NCBI RefSeq assembly: GCF_001447785.1
Contig: NW_015164710.1
Coordinates: 124,281 to 188,280, forward strand
Direction: 5' to 3'
Source of the DNA: Gekko japonicus
Lineage: Eukaryota
Length of the DNA stretch: 64,000 nt
Part shown: piece after piece, positions 36,424 to 49,132 of the stretch
How positions within the stretch are numbered: the first letter of the stretch is position 1
Layout of the letters: each line of letters starts with the position of its first letter
Translations under genes and position numbers: made by a program
The notes under the pieces: generated by a model
Told to the model about the DNA's origin: nothing
What the model saw: the letters and a program-made list of their open reading frames with translations, nothing else
Database searches by the model: none

Positions 36424-36645
36424 GACCTGTCCGGGGTGGCCCAGGCGAGCCCAGTCTTGTCAGATCTCAGAAGCCAAGGAGCATCTTCCTTGGTTTGTAC
36501 ATGGATGAGAGACCACCAAGGAAGGTCAGGGTTACTATGCCGAAGCAGGCAATGGCAAACCATATCTGGTTGTCTCTTGCCTCGAAAACCCGACGAGTGA
36601 TCGTCACCATAAGTCGGCTGTGACTCGATGGCACTTTCCACCACC
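36424..36645 (+). mobile_element. 5S rRNA-derived SINE (tail type A)
   Basis: 5S-like head, tail GTCACCATAAGTCGGCTGTGACTCGATGGCACTTTCCACCACC; flanked by AATAAAAGG. Confidence 0.82.
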
Positions 36646-39600
36646 AATAAAAGGCAGGTGGTGTTCGGGGGAGCCAGCCTGACTGTGGCGAAGGAAGCTG
36701 TTGCTTTTCAAAAGATGAAGCAGAGAGACAGGTGATGCTGCAGGAGGCCGGTCCCCCATGGTGCTGTTCAGCGGGAGGCCATGCTTCGTCAGTTTTGAGG
36801 CCTTGGAGGATATAGTCCCTGTGACAGGCTCTGTACATCCAGCAAAAGGCATGAGTTTCTCCAAAGCACTTTGACAGGGGTGAGATTAAAGTGGGGGGTG
36901 GGGGAGGACCAGAAGGCTTCTTGAAGGGAGAAGGCAGGCCACAGGGGAGAGGAATGCCTTTTGTGTCTGCGTGTCAGGTCCCAGGGGTCAGCTGCAGGGA
37001 TGGTTTAACAAGAATATCCAATTATATTAACAGATAAGCTAGAGCTTTGCCTGCCTTTATAACTCTCTTGAGCTGATCTGCAGCTGCTGCGTCCTCAGTA
37101 GGCACCATTTCAGATCTTCTCTCCAGACTCCTTGGGTTATCCACTTATGAGTTGTTTGCGGAGGGATTTCTCAGTGCTGGCATTCACTCGGTTGTCAGGT
37201 TTACTGTCCAATCGGCAGCTTGATTAAGCCGAAGCGTTTGAAAGCCATGGGACTCTTCCTCCACCCCCCTCAATTCTAAGTCCTTGTAATTGGAAAGTAA
37301 ATCGCACTGTCTTTAATTGGGACTTGCCTCTAAGTCTAATGTATTTAGAATGAAGCCGTACATTACTTTAATCCAGGTGGCTGGGTCCCTATCCCCTAGG
37401 CTTGGTAGGGGAGGGCGTCAGAAATGGTGATTTGATGGCAGCGTTGTAGGCAAATTACCTGCTAACTTACTTCTTGTGGTTCAGTTTTCTGGATCAGACT
37501 TCACAGGAACGTAATCCCTGCCGAGCAAAAACCCTCCCCGTCCCATCCCGAATCCATTTGCGCCCTTTCAGATTTCCAGTTTTATTGCTCTTTTGTAGCA
37601 CAGTTCCTCAGTTCAGTACTAATGGCATTGACTTCTTGGCTCTCGTCGCTATTCATTTTGCACGTGTGCCGATTGGACAAAGCTCCAAGGCATTGAAGAT
37701 GGGCAGCAATTAGCAGATAGCAGCTGCATCATGTAGAATGTCCTCTTTGAAGAATAGACCCTAGCTGCCGGAGACGTGGTGTGAATTAATTAATGCCTCG
37801 CTTGCCGAGCGCTGTTACCATTGTCCTAGAAAACTTAACACTTTTGCTTTATTTTTTAAGAAATCACTTAACACTAATTTTAGCAATGTTTATAGATAAC
37901 AGTAACAACAATAACAGTGATAACACATTATAAAGAAAGAACGTGAATAAAGCAGTTAATTAAGAATGAGGGAAGGACTTAATAATAACAGTAACCAGTG
38001 GTGTTCCAAAATAGGCAGACTTGGATTAGCGAGCACTTATGTAATTGCATCATATAAAATTTGGACGGTCAGTGAAATATCTAAAATACTCTAGATTTGA
38101 CTGTTTAATAAACCAGGATGGAGCTGTATTTCAAAGGTCTTTTGTGGATCTGCTGTTTGCCCTGTGAATACAAGAGTTATCATTAGGATCAAGCCAAGCT
38201 TCATGGCATATCTCCAAAACTGTCTTGCCATAGACCTCTGGAAACTCCTCTTGTCCCCATTGTCTACTACATCAGAAATATATTACTTTTAAAGACAGAG
38301 CCATTGATAATGGCTATTGATAGCAATTAATAGATTTATTCTCCATTAATTTGCTTATTCCTTTATTTTTAAAAAAACATCTGCTAGTTGGGAGCTTCTG
38401 ATATTGAATTCCATAGGTTAATGATATATAGTGTGAAGAATACTTCAGACCTTCTTTACAAATTCCCTGAGCAGTATGGTTGCTGTTACATCTGTGATCC
38501 TGTGTAAGCATCTCTGTAAATCCTTCTTCCTATGTGGTTAACAGTAACTTTTATCATATCTACAAGTGATCGGCCAAGTCTTTGGGAACCATATTGTTTG
38601 CTTTGATATGGAAATATCCCCTTTTAGAGGACTGTTATAGTCGGAAGTCTTCATATACTTGCCTATTGGCATGGGGGCAGCCATGTTGCTCAGTGTATCT
38701 GGTCCTAGGTTGGGTTGTGAGCGATTAGTCTGGGAGCCTACTTGGTTGAACTTTGTCCTCACTGAATTTGGAAGCATTGATAGTTTAGATTATTTATCCT
38801 ACCCATAGATATGATTGGTGTGTGTTTGAATCTGGTAGGAGCTTGATCAATTGTCCATTACATGGGAAAGCAGTTCCTTATAATCATTTTCCGTCTTTTG
38901 AAATTATCTAGTCTCTCCTTTCTTGGTACTCTTGGAATGCGTTAGAGACACCAACAGTGCAACTCTAAGCAGAGTGACACCCTTCTAAGTCCATTGAAGT
39001 CAACATGGTTAGAAGGGGTGTAACATTATTTAGGATTACACTGCTAGTTTGTTGTTTTGAGTGGGATTGGTCTGGAGTAAGTCTACACAGGATTGCACTG
39101 TAAGGACTGATTTGGTAACTGCCTGATATGTTTAGCAAACATTAACTTGTCCTCCCATTAATATATAGTTGAATCAAATGAAAATGGACCTGGAGGTAAT
39201 TTCTGGTTATCAGACTGGGAGAAAAAAGGCATGAGGGTCCAGTCTTCCTCTAGATGGATTATTATTTGAAGGTTTTTGAGAGTTTTCCTCTCCGTGATTT
39301 TTTTTTTTTTAACTACACATGTAATGCCTGCTCTGCTGTCATTTTGTACTGGGATTTACCTTAACATGACACACATTTCAATGGACAGAGTTGAGTTCCC
39401 CTGGAGAAAATGGCTGCTTTGGAAGGTGGACTCTGTGGCATTATACCCTCTGGGATCTCTCCCCTCCCCAAACCCCACCCTCCTCAGTCTCCACCCCCAA
39501 ACTTTCAGGTATTTCCCAACCTGGAGCTGGCAACCATGACCACTTTAATACAGGCTGTTCTGAAACATGCAGTGTCCCTCGGAAAACAAAATCTAGCTAC

Positions 39601-40291
39601 CACTTGGAAAATATCAGTAGTTAAACAGAGTTGGGCTCCCGATCCTGCTTACGTTCCCCTTTCAGCAGGCATACTAGCAGTGGTTTTAATGTGGGACTTA
39701 AAGGTGGGATGAATTTCCTCCCACCTATAGCACTTGGGATGCTGCCCGTGTCAAATGGGTGTTCAATCAGACATCTAGAACAAACGTTTAAAAATAGGCT
39801 TGATTTAATTCCCAGGAGGAAATACAGTGGCCACCATTGTAAGAGGGTCGGAGTTGAAGCTCTCATTGGTCTGTTCCCAGTTTACCAATTAATCTGTTGA
39901 AATGCGTGATTCCTTTCCTGAGGCAGGCGGGCTATATCTTCACGGTTTAAAACATTCCCACTTTGTTCTTATTTGGGTTTTTTTTTTTTTAGCTTGCTTG
40001 TTTGCATATAAATGGGAAAAAAATTGCCATGGGCTTTTAAGGAATAAATTATTTGAGTTAAATGGTCTTTAAAATCTGTTTTGCATTCTGGATATTGACT
40101 GCATTGCTATAATTAATACATTGGGTTTTAATCCTACACTTTCTTGAATTGTAGTGAATATGAATGAGCCTGGTGCCATAGTCAGAGATAGTTCGCTTGT
40201 TAAGTAGCTGGCTTTAAAATTACATTTAATGGCATGTCTTGTGGAAGAAATTAATCTTGGGTTGTTGTTTTTTTCCCCTTTCCCCATCTAG

Positions 40292-40414
40292 CACCGAAGA
40301 CATGTAGCCCGAAACAGTTCGCGTGCAAAGATCAAATCACATGCATATCCAAGGGCTGGAGATGTGATGGAGAGAAGGACTGTCCAGATGGCTCAGATGA
40401 ATCGCCCGATATAT
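40292..40414 (+). CDS. LRP1: LRP1 coding exon 2 (LDL-receptor class A repeat CR1)
   Basis: Polypyrimidine tract plus AG (40290-40291); 123-nt phase 1-1 exon encoding (A)[40 protein letters not shown](C); donor T|GTATGT. Nearly identical to the recalled human LRP1 [42 protein letters not shown]. Missed by the ORF track. Confidence 0.97.
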
Positions 40415-40802
40415 GTATGTATATATATATGTATAGATTTTCCTTCCCAGTTATTATTTTTGTACATTTTGTAGTGCTATAGACCAATATACTCTTTTTT
40501 AACATTCCATGACATAATATCCTTCTCACAGCTTTGGGATGTTAAAACCAGCTACCTTGGAGATATCGAGGGCATTATCTTCTGTTCCAATTAAGGAGTG
40601 TCTGCGGCATTTTAAAGATTGATTTACTACAATTAAGTTGTATCTTTGCTAAAAAAAGAGAAAAATCTAAATTGTCTCAGTGTGCGGAAATCAATATTGC
40701 GATGTATGGAGCAATATTCAATAAGATAAACCTGTCTTAGTTTTGATATTTATCATACCTTGATATTGTCTAATTAATGCATGAAATAAACGTTTTAAGA
40801 AA

Positions 40803-40999
40803 AGGGCAAGAGCCCAGTAGGACCTTAAGAGACTAACAAAATATGTGGCAGGGTATGAGCGTTCATGAGCCACCGCTCACGTCTTCAGCAGTGACTCACA
40901 AAAGCTCCTTCCTTGCCACATATTTTGTTAGTCTTTTAAGGTGCTACTGGACTCTTGCTCTTTTGTACTGCTACAGACTAATACGGCGACCCATCTTCA
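40803..40999. mobile_element. Penelope-like inverted terminal fragment
   Basis: Arms GCAAGAGCCCAGTAG..GACTAACAAAATATGTGGCAGG / CCTTGCCACATATTTTGTTAGTC..CTACTGGACTCTTGC; TSD TTTTAAGAAA. Confidence 0.72.
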
Positions 41000-41049
41000 T
41001 TTTAAGAAAGACAGCACTATACAGCTCTGGAAAATGACACTCTTGCTCA

Positions 41050-41240
41050 GAGAGCCATTGTGGTATAGTGGTTAGAATGTCAGATTAGGATTTTGGAGAC
41101 CTTGGTTCAAGTCCCCACTCTGCTGTGGAAGCTTGCTGGGTGACCTTGGGCCAGTCACACACTTAGAATGATGTAAGTTCCTTTTGATCCCCATTGGGGA
41201 GAACTGAGGGGTATAAGGGGAGCAAATAAATAAATAGATG
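41050..41240 (+). mobile_element. tRNA/MIR-related SINE (Squam3-type), old copy
   Basis: GAGAGCCATTGTGGTATAGTGGTTAGA..GGTTCAAGTCCCCACTC..GGGTGACCTTGGGCCAGTCAC..(TAAA)n. Confidence 0.72.
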
Positions 41241-41551
41241 AATATTCCATGCAAGACTTTGTCTTTGAGGAACTTCTCAGTATCTTTTAGTTGGGGCTTT
41301 CTCAATATGCTGACATAAGCTATATCACTACCACAGTTGGCTCCTTCTGCTTTCATTCTTTGTCTCTTCTGGTGGCTTGACCCCTGAAAGGAAAGTTCTA
41401 GGGCTCATGTAAAAAACCCAGCTCTGTATATGGAAAAAGAGCAGACGAAGTTTTGAGCTTAATCATGGCATGCTAGCTTTCCAAGTGCAGAAGATGCTGA
41501 ACCAGAAGAGGATTTAAATATTTATTCAGAAGTCTTATATTCCCTGATGGC

Positions 41552-41756
41552 CAGTGTTCCCTCTAAGTGGAGTTAGTGTGAGCTAGCTCACAGATTTTTA
41601 GCCTCCAGTTCATACATTTTTGTCTTAGCTCAGGAAGGATGGCTCCAGAGCAAACTAATTTATGCAGTAGCCAAATCGCTCCCTCACAACTTTAATGCCA
41701 GTAGCTCACAAAGAAGGATTTTTCCCCACAAGACTTCACAGCTTAGAGGGAGCATG
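41552..41756 (+). mobile_element. hAT-type MITE family A
   Basis: CAGTGTTCCCTCTAAG...GCTTAGAGGGAGCATG. Confidence 0.9.
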
Positions 41757-42116
41757 TATCATATTCTTTTTCTGAAAGTTTGAGTTTGCTTTTTGCACTG
41801 GGAGTGTATGTAAATGCCTATGTCATTTTACTCTTTTCACATTTTTAGTTTATGTCAGAATACGTGGGCAGTTGTTTACAAGGGAACGGCCCCTTGTGGT
41901 TCCCCAAGAACTTCAAGTGTTGGAGATTATTGAGGAGCTCTGTCGGTTCCCTGGCAGACACAAATTTAATGAGAGAATGTGACAAAAACATTTAAATCTG
42001 TTTGTTCCCCAACTCTGGGAGAGCCAAGGGTGAATCCTCAGCCATGGGAATTTAAAGGAGGAGAGAGACAGGGATGACTAATAACAGTATTGTGTTCAGA
42101 AAATATCATAGGGTTG

Positions 42117-42346
42117 CCCTGACCTGGATAGGCCAGGCAAGCCCGATCTTGTAAGATCTCGGAAGCTAAGCAGGGCCAGCCCTGGCAAGTATTTGGATGG
42201 GAGACCTCCAGAGAATGCCAGGACTGGAAGGCAGAGGCAGGCTATCAAGCCACTCCTATGAATGTCCTCGATGCCCCAGTAGGAGTCGCCAGAGGTCGCC
42301 ATGACTTCCAGGCACACATGCACGCATGCAAAATATCAAGAAAAAA
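42117..42346 (+). mobile_element. 5S rRNA-derived SINE (tail type B), full length
   Basis: 19-bp TSD AGAA(A/C)ATATCATAGGGTTG at 42098-42116 and 42347-42365 fixes the 5' end at CCCTGACCTGG. Confidence 0.93.
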
Positions 42347-44620
42347 AGAACATATCATAGGGTTGAATGACCTGTGGATGTGTGTGTGCATTGGGCCTCT
42401 CTTGCTGATGACAGCCATTGTTTAAAACAGGCTCGTACACGGTCCACACCTTGTAGTTGGCAGGTTGTGCTGAACTTTTTGATGGACCTCAGTATGTGGT
42501 GCCCAACATGTACAAGCACTCATCAGGCAAAGTACGTAGCCATTGAAGCCAACGCATCTTGGCAAATCCTTCTAAACTTTGAGTGCAGCTTTCAGTCTGG
42601 ATATGTTTTACTAATAGAGGAAATAAATAGAAATGCAATGTGAAGGTACTGGCAGCGAGCCAGCTCGCACAAGACTAACAATTGAGATGAGACATAAATA
42701 TGTAGTTCACACGAATGAGTTTCATTTTAAAGCCTTTTAAAAATAAACCATCATTGTCATAAGATAAAACAGCTTTGCCTGTGCAGGGATATTCTTGCAA
42801 AGCCGGCTCCTTACAAACGGCACCTCTCCAACATCTCTGGAAGGAGAGGAGGGAATTCTGAGAGTCACTTGAGCAGAAATAGTGCTTGTCACCAAGAATA
42901 AGAGGAAAACTGGACTTTCCCCTAAAGCGTTTTGTTTCCTGGTTTAAATAAAACAGGGTTCCTTGGTAAAAGAACAAAGATCACATTTGCGTAATGTTGT
43001 CATGAATCAAGCAAGTGACAGAAATGACTTGTTAACAATCAGAATGGTTTGTGTAAAGTGGTTTGCAATCTGTTGCAAATAAACTAATGTTAAATGCAAA
43101 GGTGGCTGTTAGAAATGAGCGTATTCATGATTTAGTCATCAATCTCACACCTACGGAGATCAGCTTTACACAAAGTGTAGATGGGCTTTTGGCATTCTTT
43201 TTGCTTTTTAGTGCCCTTTCGGTTGACTTTTCTTCTCTCCTGTCATCTTGTCTTTTAGCGTGAATCTTGAGATTTCCCAGATTTTAGAAATAATTTTGCA
43301 TTGATATCAGCTGCTCGTAAAAAGAAATTAATTCCAGCCCCAGCTTACTTATTCCTGAAGATTACTATTACAAGTCAGCAGGGTAGCCTCAAGATTAAAA
43401 GGCCATAGATGAAGGGGAGTTTGTTGGGTTACAGTGAAGAAATGTATAATATAAACAGCACAATGAATCACAAAGGTGGTTACCAAGTTTATCTGGTTGC
43501 CATGATTGTAACCAGGGAACTCAGAAGGGCTGGTTACTCTTTGGTATTTTAACTTCTCTTGAAAGGAGAGGCTTTACTTGCAGTGTGAGGCTGTGCCTAC
43601 ATCTTTTCAGAAGATACTGTAGACCTGTCCTTGTTTAGTTCCACGGCAGCAGGCAGGAAAGAGATAATTCTTCCGCCTCAGGAAGCGGAACCAAACTGAC
43701 TCATTTCCTGTCAGTGGGGAAGGTCCTCCTAGATGTCAGCTCTGCTTACTGACCAGAGGAGGCAGCCTTCCCCTCATACTGCAGGCGAGTGGTTCCCAAC
43801 GTTATGCTTGTGGGCATCATGGTGCCCTCAGATTCCTTTCCTAGCACCTGACAACTGTTTTTAGGAAGTAGGTGGGGCCAGGTGGGGCTTTTGCCCAGCA
43901 AGGCTTCTGATTGGACACTGGAGATTTGATTGGCTGTGCAGATTTTTTTAAAATGTTGCTTTAACAGCACCTGCCACCACACCGCACGGATCCTCAATGT
44001 GTGACTGAAGGTATGCTGCAGCAGCCATTTTGTGGCTGATTCCACCTTTTGCAGCAGCCATTTAGTGGCAGCCATTTTGTAGCTGCGCCCACCATTCCAA
44101 ATATATGTCCACAGGCTCAAAAAAGATGGGGACCCCAGCTCTAGGCTTATGGTTTGGAAAATTTCTTCAGGCCTAGGTAGCTAAGAGTTTCCTTCTTTTG
44201 ATGAATTAAGCGAGGCAGGTTAAAGCAGGTCTTCATTTCTTGACCTTGTAAGGTCCTTGGAGTGGGTTTTCCCCCCCTGGATCAGGGGAGAGTGAGACCC
44301 CCCCCCTTTAGGCTAGACATATTCCACTCATTCAGGTCTCCCAGAATGCCAGTTTCCTCCCACCCCTTTCCCTCCATGACCCCCTTTCCCCCCTCCCTCA
44401 AGGCAGTTAGCTCCAATATCCCTACCTATCCTTTCTTACCTTAGCCAGGGTTGGAGGCTACCAATCATGGTTCCTTTGTTATGCTCATCTGTTGGAAGCT
44501 GTCCGAATAACCTCCCCTCATGGAGTCAGTGGATTCCAAGCAGCTCCTGCTGAAATGCTGAACCAGTTTGGAAGGGAGGTTGGTGGGGTGTTTGGAGATC
44601 AGGTGGGCTTGAGAACTATC

Positions 44621-44943
44621 CAGGGCTCCCAAGTACTTACCTTAATTCGGCGGGGGATGTATAGTTCTTCGCGGGACCATTCCCACGGGGAAAACACGGG
44701 CGCTGCACTATTCCGTCGCCCAGACGTGTCGTAGGCACGTAGCCGGGCCACGCTGTAGCAATAGGGCTGGAAACTCGATGGTACCATCGAGTTTCCAGTC
44801 CCATTACCAGAGCGTCGCCCAGCTATGTGCCTACGTCATGTCTGGGCGCCGGAATAGTGCAGTGCCTGTGTTCCAAGCAAGAATCTTCCGGCGGGGAAGC
44901 ATGTGTCCCCTGCTGGATCTCTGGTAGGTACTTGGGAACCCTA
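44621..44943. mobile_element. Fully palindromic 323-bp hAT-type foldback MITE
   Basis: Perfect 8-bp TSD GAACTATC (44613-44620, 44944-44951); TIRs CAGGGCTCCCAAGTAC / GTACTTGGGAACCCTA; perfect 32-bp central palindrome 44767-44798. Confidence 0.92.
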
Positions 44944-45469
44944 GAACTATCCCCCTCCCCCCCATGCTTGTTAGCCTCGCTATACTTATTGCTTCGGCAC
45001 TGCCTTATGGTGTCTGCATGCTCTAGCAGCAAAGCCGTTTGTGTTCTGCTAGGAGTTTCTTTTCACAGTTCGGTGTGATGGTCAGATGGAGTTTTTGGCT
45101 CAAGCAGTGGACCTCTAATCCAAATCTAAGCTAGCAACAGCAGCCTTTCCACGGTGCAAGGTGTTAGGTGAAGCCCTAGATGATGCATTAGGTGCGTTAG
45201 GTGAAGCCCTAGATGATGCATTTGTGTTCTGCACAAAGTCCCGCAGGGCCTGGATCTCCCCCGGGAGCTCGTTCCACCAGGTAGGAGCCACCACCGAAAA
45301 AGCCCTGGCCCTGGTCGCAGCTAGTTTGGCGTCCTTGGGACCCAGGATGACCTACAAATTTTGGGCCCCCAACCGTAGTGCTCTTGGGGGAACATGTGGG
45401 GCAAGGTGGTCCCTCAGGTAGGCTGGACCCTGGCCATAAATGAAGTTCCACTGCAAGAAAGATGATTAG

Positions 45470-46020
45470 GGCTCCATTTGATTTTCTTTACCATTCCAAA
45501 GATGAACAGAGAATGGAGAGAGAGATCTCAAGCAGCTCAGTCACTAACTCAGAAAGAAAAGAGTTCGGATAGAGACTCTCAAATGCACCTGTGAGTCAAT
45601 GAAGGAGGCAGAATATCTGACTTGCATAGATCTGATGGAGACCCATTCACACTTTTCTATCCTAGCACACTACAAGTTTTTGAGACTTGTTTATGGCAAC
45701 AGATGTTTCTAATACCAAGCCTTCCCCTTTCGGCTAGTTTCAGTGCTCAGTGTATGTTTACCAGGCTCCTGTAGTGTGTGTGGTGTTAAGTACCACCAGG
45801 GCAAGAGATGTTCAGAACTGGTTTGCTTCTGCATAGCACCCCTGAACTTCCTTGGTGATCTCCCATCCAAGGGCTAACCAGGGCCACCCCTACTTAGCTT
45901 TTGAGGTCGGCCAGATCAGGCTAGCCTGGGTCATCCGGACGGGGGTGCTGTCCTTAGTAGCGTTCTTAAAATCTCATAGGGTGAGCATATACCTTTATCG
46001 GGCTGACCTACTGGGCCGAG
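45470..46020 (+). pseudogene. Second, highly decayed DIRS reverse transcriptase remnant, interrupted by a 5S-derived SINE (~45770-45945, -)
   Basis: Translates in pieces to FFTIPKMNREWR..DLKQL..EYLTCIDLMETHSHFSIL..KFLRL..YQAFPFRL..VAFLKSHRVSIYLYRADLL, colinear with the RT of the 1-5287 element. Confidence 0.78.
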
Positions 46021-46250
46021 TCTCTCCATCAGCCTAATCTACCTCTGGAGTTGTTGTTGAAAGGACAATAGGGAGGAAGGGAGAACAGTAGTGTAAGCCG
46101 CTTTGGTTCCCATCGGGAAGAAAAGTGGGGTATTGCTGTACTTACTGGAGTGATTCGATCATGGTTGTTTTAAGTAATTATGGTCGTAACCTTTAATTGG
46201 TAGATTACTCCACCAAAGGGAGACCCATAGGGTTGCCAGTTCCCCCTGGG

Positions 46251-46456
46251 CAGTGTTCCTTCTAAGCTGAGTTAGTGTGAGCTAGCTCACAGTTTTTTAG
46301 CCTCCGGCTCACACATTTTTCTCTTAGCTCGGGAAATATGGCTCTAGAGCAAACTGATTTATGCAGTAGCCAAATCACTTGCTCACAACTTTAGTGCCAG
46401 TAGCTCACAAAGTAGAGTTTTTGCTCACAAGACTCCGTAGCTTAGAGGGAACATTG
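46251..46456 (+). mobile_element. hAT-type MITE family A nested in a TAGGGTTGCC-type element
   Basis: TSD CCCCTGGG/CCCCTGGC. Confidence 0.92.
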
Positions 46457-47995
46457 CCCCTGGCCATTGGTTTATGGCAGGTAGGGTTGCCAGCTCCAAC
46501 TTGAGAAACTCCTGGAGATCTGGGGGTGGAGCCTGGGAAGTACAGGGACTTCAGTGGGGTATAGTGCCATAGAGTCCACCCTCCAAAGTATCAGTTTTCT
46601 ACAAGGGAACTGATCTCTTTAATCTGGAGATAAGCTGTAATTCCAGAGGATCCCAGATCCCTCATGTAGGCCAGCATCCCTAGACACCCAGGTTCAAATT
46701 CCCACTCAGACATTCAGCACACTGTGTATCCTTGGGGCAGTCTCTCTCTCTCTCTCAGCCTAACCTACAGCAAAGGGTTTTTTAAGAGGATAAAACCATC
46801 CTTATGAACCACGTACGTTGCCCTGAGCTTCTTGGAAAAAGAACAGAATCAAAACATTATATGTGGTCTTTCCTTTTAATAATTCATAGTAGCTTTTGTT
46901 CGTTTCCCCCCTTAATACTGCCTTTGTAAACGCTAAGATAACTGATAGTACATTAATTTTTGTTTAATCATGCATTCAGTTAAAAGGCAAATGTTTAATC
47001 AATGAACCATTTTTCAATGAGTGTTTACCCTACCATTTGTCAAAGATGCATGTCTAGTGAAAACTAGCTGGTGCAAATCTATTGAGAAAGTGTGTTCTGT
47101 GAGTATAGAGAACTGCTTCTGTTGTAATTGCTGAACCAGCACTTTCCTTTGGCTATGGTGCAGTGGAAATAGATTGTTTGGTTTCCTTAAAGTTTTGATT
47201 TTCCTTGTCTTTGTTTGAGGAAGCTGAGTGACAAGGTCTGATTGATCAATCTATCCAGCTGTTTCCTCATGTGTTGAGCTTCCTCTTCTTTTGAGTTAGC
47301 CCAAAGAAGACATTTGTTGTGGAGGCCATTTGCAAGCTGGATGTGCCCGTAGGAAGACTGTAGTCAAGCAGATGTTACTTAGGACCAGACTATTACGCTC
47401 CCTGTGCCAAGTACTTGTGGTTCTAGCTAGAAATTAAAGGAAGTATAGGCCTGTGATCTGTCATGACCACTTTTCCTGTATTGGTTCCTTCCAAACGAGA
47501 CAAACATTTTAATTATTTGACTCTAAGGGGGCAAACTCCACTAGGCAAAGTGGTAGGGGGTTGACAGGTGTCTTCTGCCTGCTAGTGGGGGGGATTTGAG
47601 GGGGAATTCTGGGGGTGGGTGGGGATGTCAGCGATGCTTTGATTTCACTTCTGGAAGTGAAGTCATCACGCTGGTGCCTTTGAGGTGACATGCTACTCTT
47701 TGAGCAAAACTATGGTAAAAACAGCTACAAACCATAGAGTGGTGTTAGCGTATCGCTGACGATGCATGGCGTTGGCTGTTTGGGGCTGGAGCCCGCAGAA
47801 CCAGGGGATCCCCTGCCCCCACCTGGAAACTAGCAGGCCTACGGAGTGGTGGGCTTGGGCATAGGAGGTCTGAATCAACCAAGAAGTGAAGACTTCTGGT
47901 TGGATCCAGGCTGTACTGGCAATTTCTACCAAAGACACCACTGCAACCCCCCATGTCATTCCTCAAGGTCCCCTATATTCCAGGAGCAGCTCTTT

Positions 47996-48287
47996 GAGAG
48001 CCAGTTTGGTATAGCGGTTAACTGTGCAGACTCTAATCTGGGAGAACCGGGTTTGATTCCTCACTCCTCCACTTGCACCTGGCTGGATGACCTTGGGCAA
48101 GCCCTAGTTCTGACAAGAGCTGTTCTTGAAAGAGCAGTCCTTGAAAGAGCTCTCTCAGCCCCACCTCCCTCACAGGGTGTCTGTTGTGGGGAGGGGAAGG
48201 GAAAGGGGTTTGTAAGCCGCTCTGAGACTCCAAGTGAAGGGCGGGATATAAATCCAATCTCCTCCTCCTCCTCCTCTTCCTCCTCCT
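47996..48287 (+). mobile_element. Squam3-type tRNA/MIR-derived SINE with (TCC)n tail
   Basis: GAGAGCCAGTTTGGTATAGCGGTTAA..GGTTTGATTCC..GTAAGCCGCTCTGAGACTCC..(TCC)n. Confidence 0.85.
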
Positions 48288-48904
48288 GATCAGTGGGCTG
48301 CAGTAGCAGGGGGGAGGCACGAAAGCTCCATTCTGCCATCGGACGACGGTACTTTTGTTTGCCTACTCCACCTTCCAGTCTCTCCAGTGTTTCCACTTTC
48401 AGCCTTTGCCCAAAGTTCCCAATACCTCAAACAACAGAAACAAACAACCAGAAACTTGGTCTCAGTCAATGTGAGGCATTTCCTGTGATGTTTTCAAACT
48501 TCAGGAGCGCGGCCTTTGCTGTTTATAACATTAACCCGGCGGTCTCAGGCTATGGAATGGGGGGAGGACCCTCAGGTTGGTTGTGGAGCCCAACCCTTTT
48601 TAGCGACCAGCCCATGTAGAGCCATCATTTCTTTTTTGCTGCTTTTTTGGAAGAACCTTCTGCTGGTAGAGAGAAGTGAGGCCGTGTCTCTTGTTTCTTT
48701 GCCCAAACACTGAAAGGAATAGGACTGGGAAGCAAGGCCACTCAGTGGTGGAGAGAATTCCTTTTTAGTACAGTCAGGTTTGGAAATTCCCTCCCCATGA
48801 AAGCTCTCCCTTGCCTCCTCTCTCTTACCCCCTGCCTAGGACAGCCTGGTCTAGCCCTTTCCCCCGATTATTCAAGTCCTGGCAGCAGGTTTCATTTCTG
48901 ACAG

Positions 48905-49132
48905 AAGAGTACCATACTTTTCTCTACTTTAAGGAGTCTCAACGTGGCTTACAATCGCCTACCTTTAATCTCCCCACAACAGGCATCTTGTGAGGCAAGT
49001 GGGGCCGAGAGAGTTCTGGGGGAACTGTGTGACTGGCCCAAGGTCACCCAGCAGGTTTCATGTGAAGGAGGAGCGGGGACTCAAACCCAGTCCTCCCAAT
49101 TAGAGTTCGCTGCTTTGAATCATAGCACCAGG
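48905..49132 (-). mobile_element. Squam3-type SINE, diverged
   Basis: Reverse-complement similarity to 47996-48287 (GGAGTCTCAA..GGCTTACAA..CCCCACAACAG..GGCCCAAGGTCACCCAGCAG). Confidence 0.78.

Noticed and set aside
44247-45140. Possible LTR enclosing the palindromic MITE (starts TGTAAGG)
   Set aside because: No matching TSD or clear CA terminus and poly(A) signal could be identified; left unannotated.
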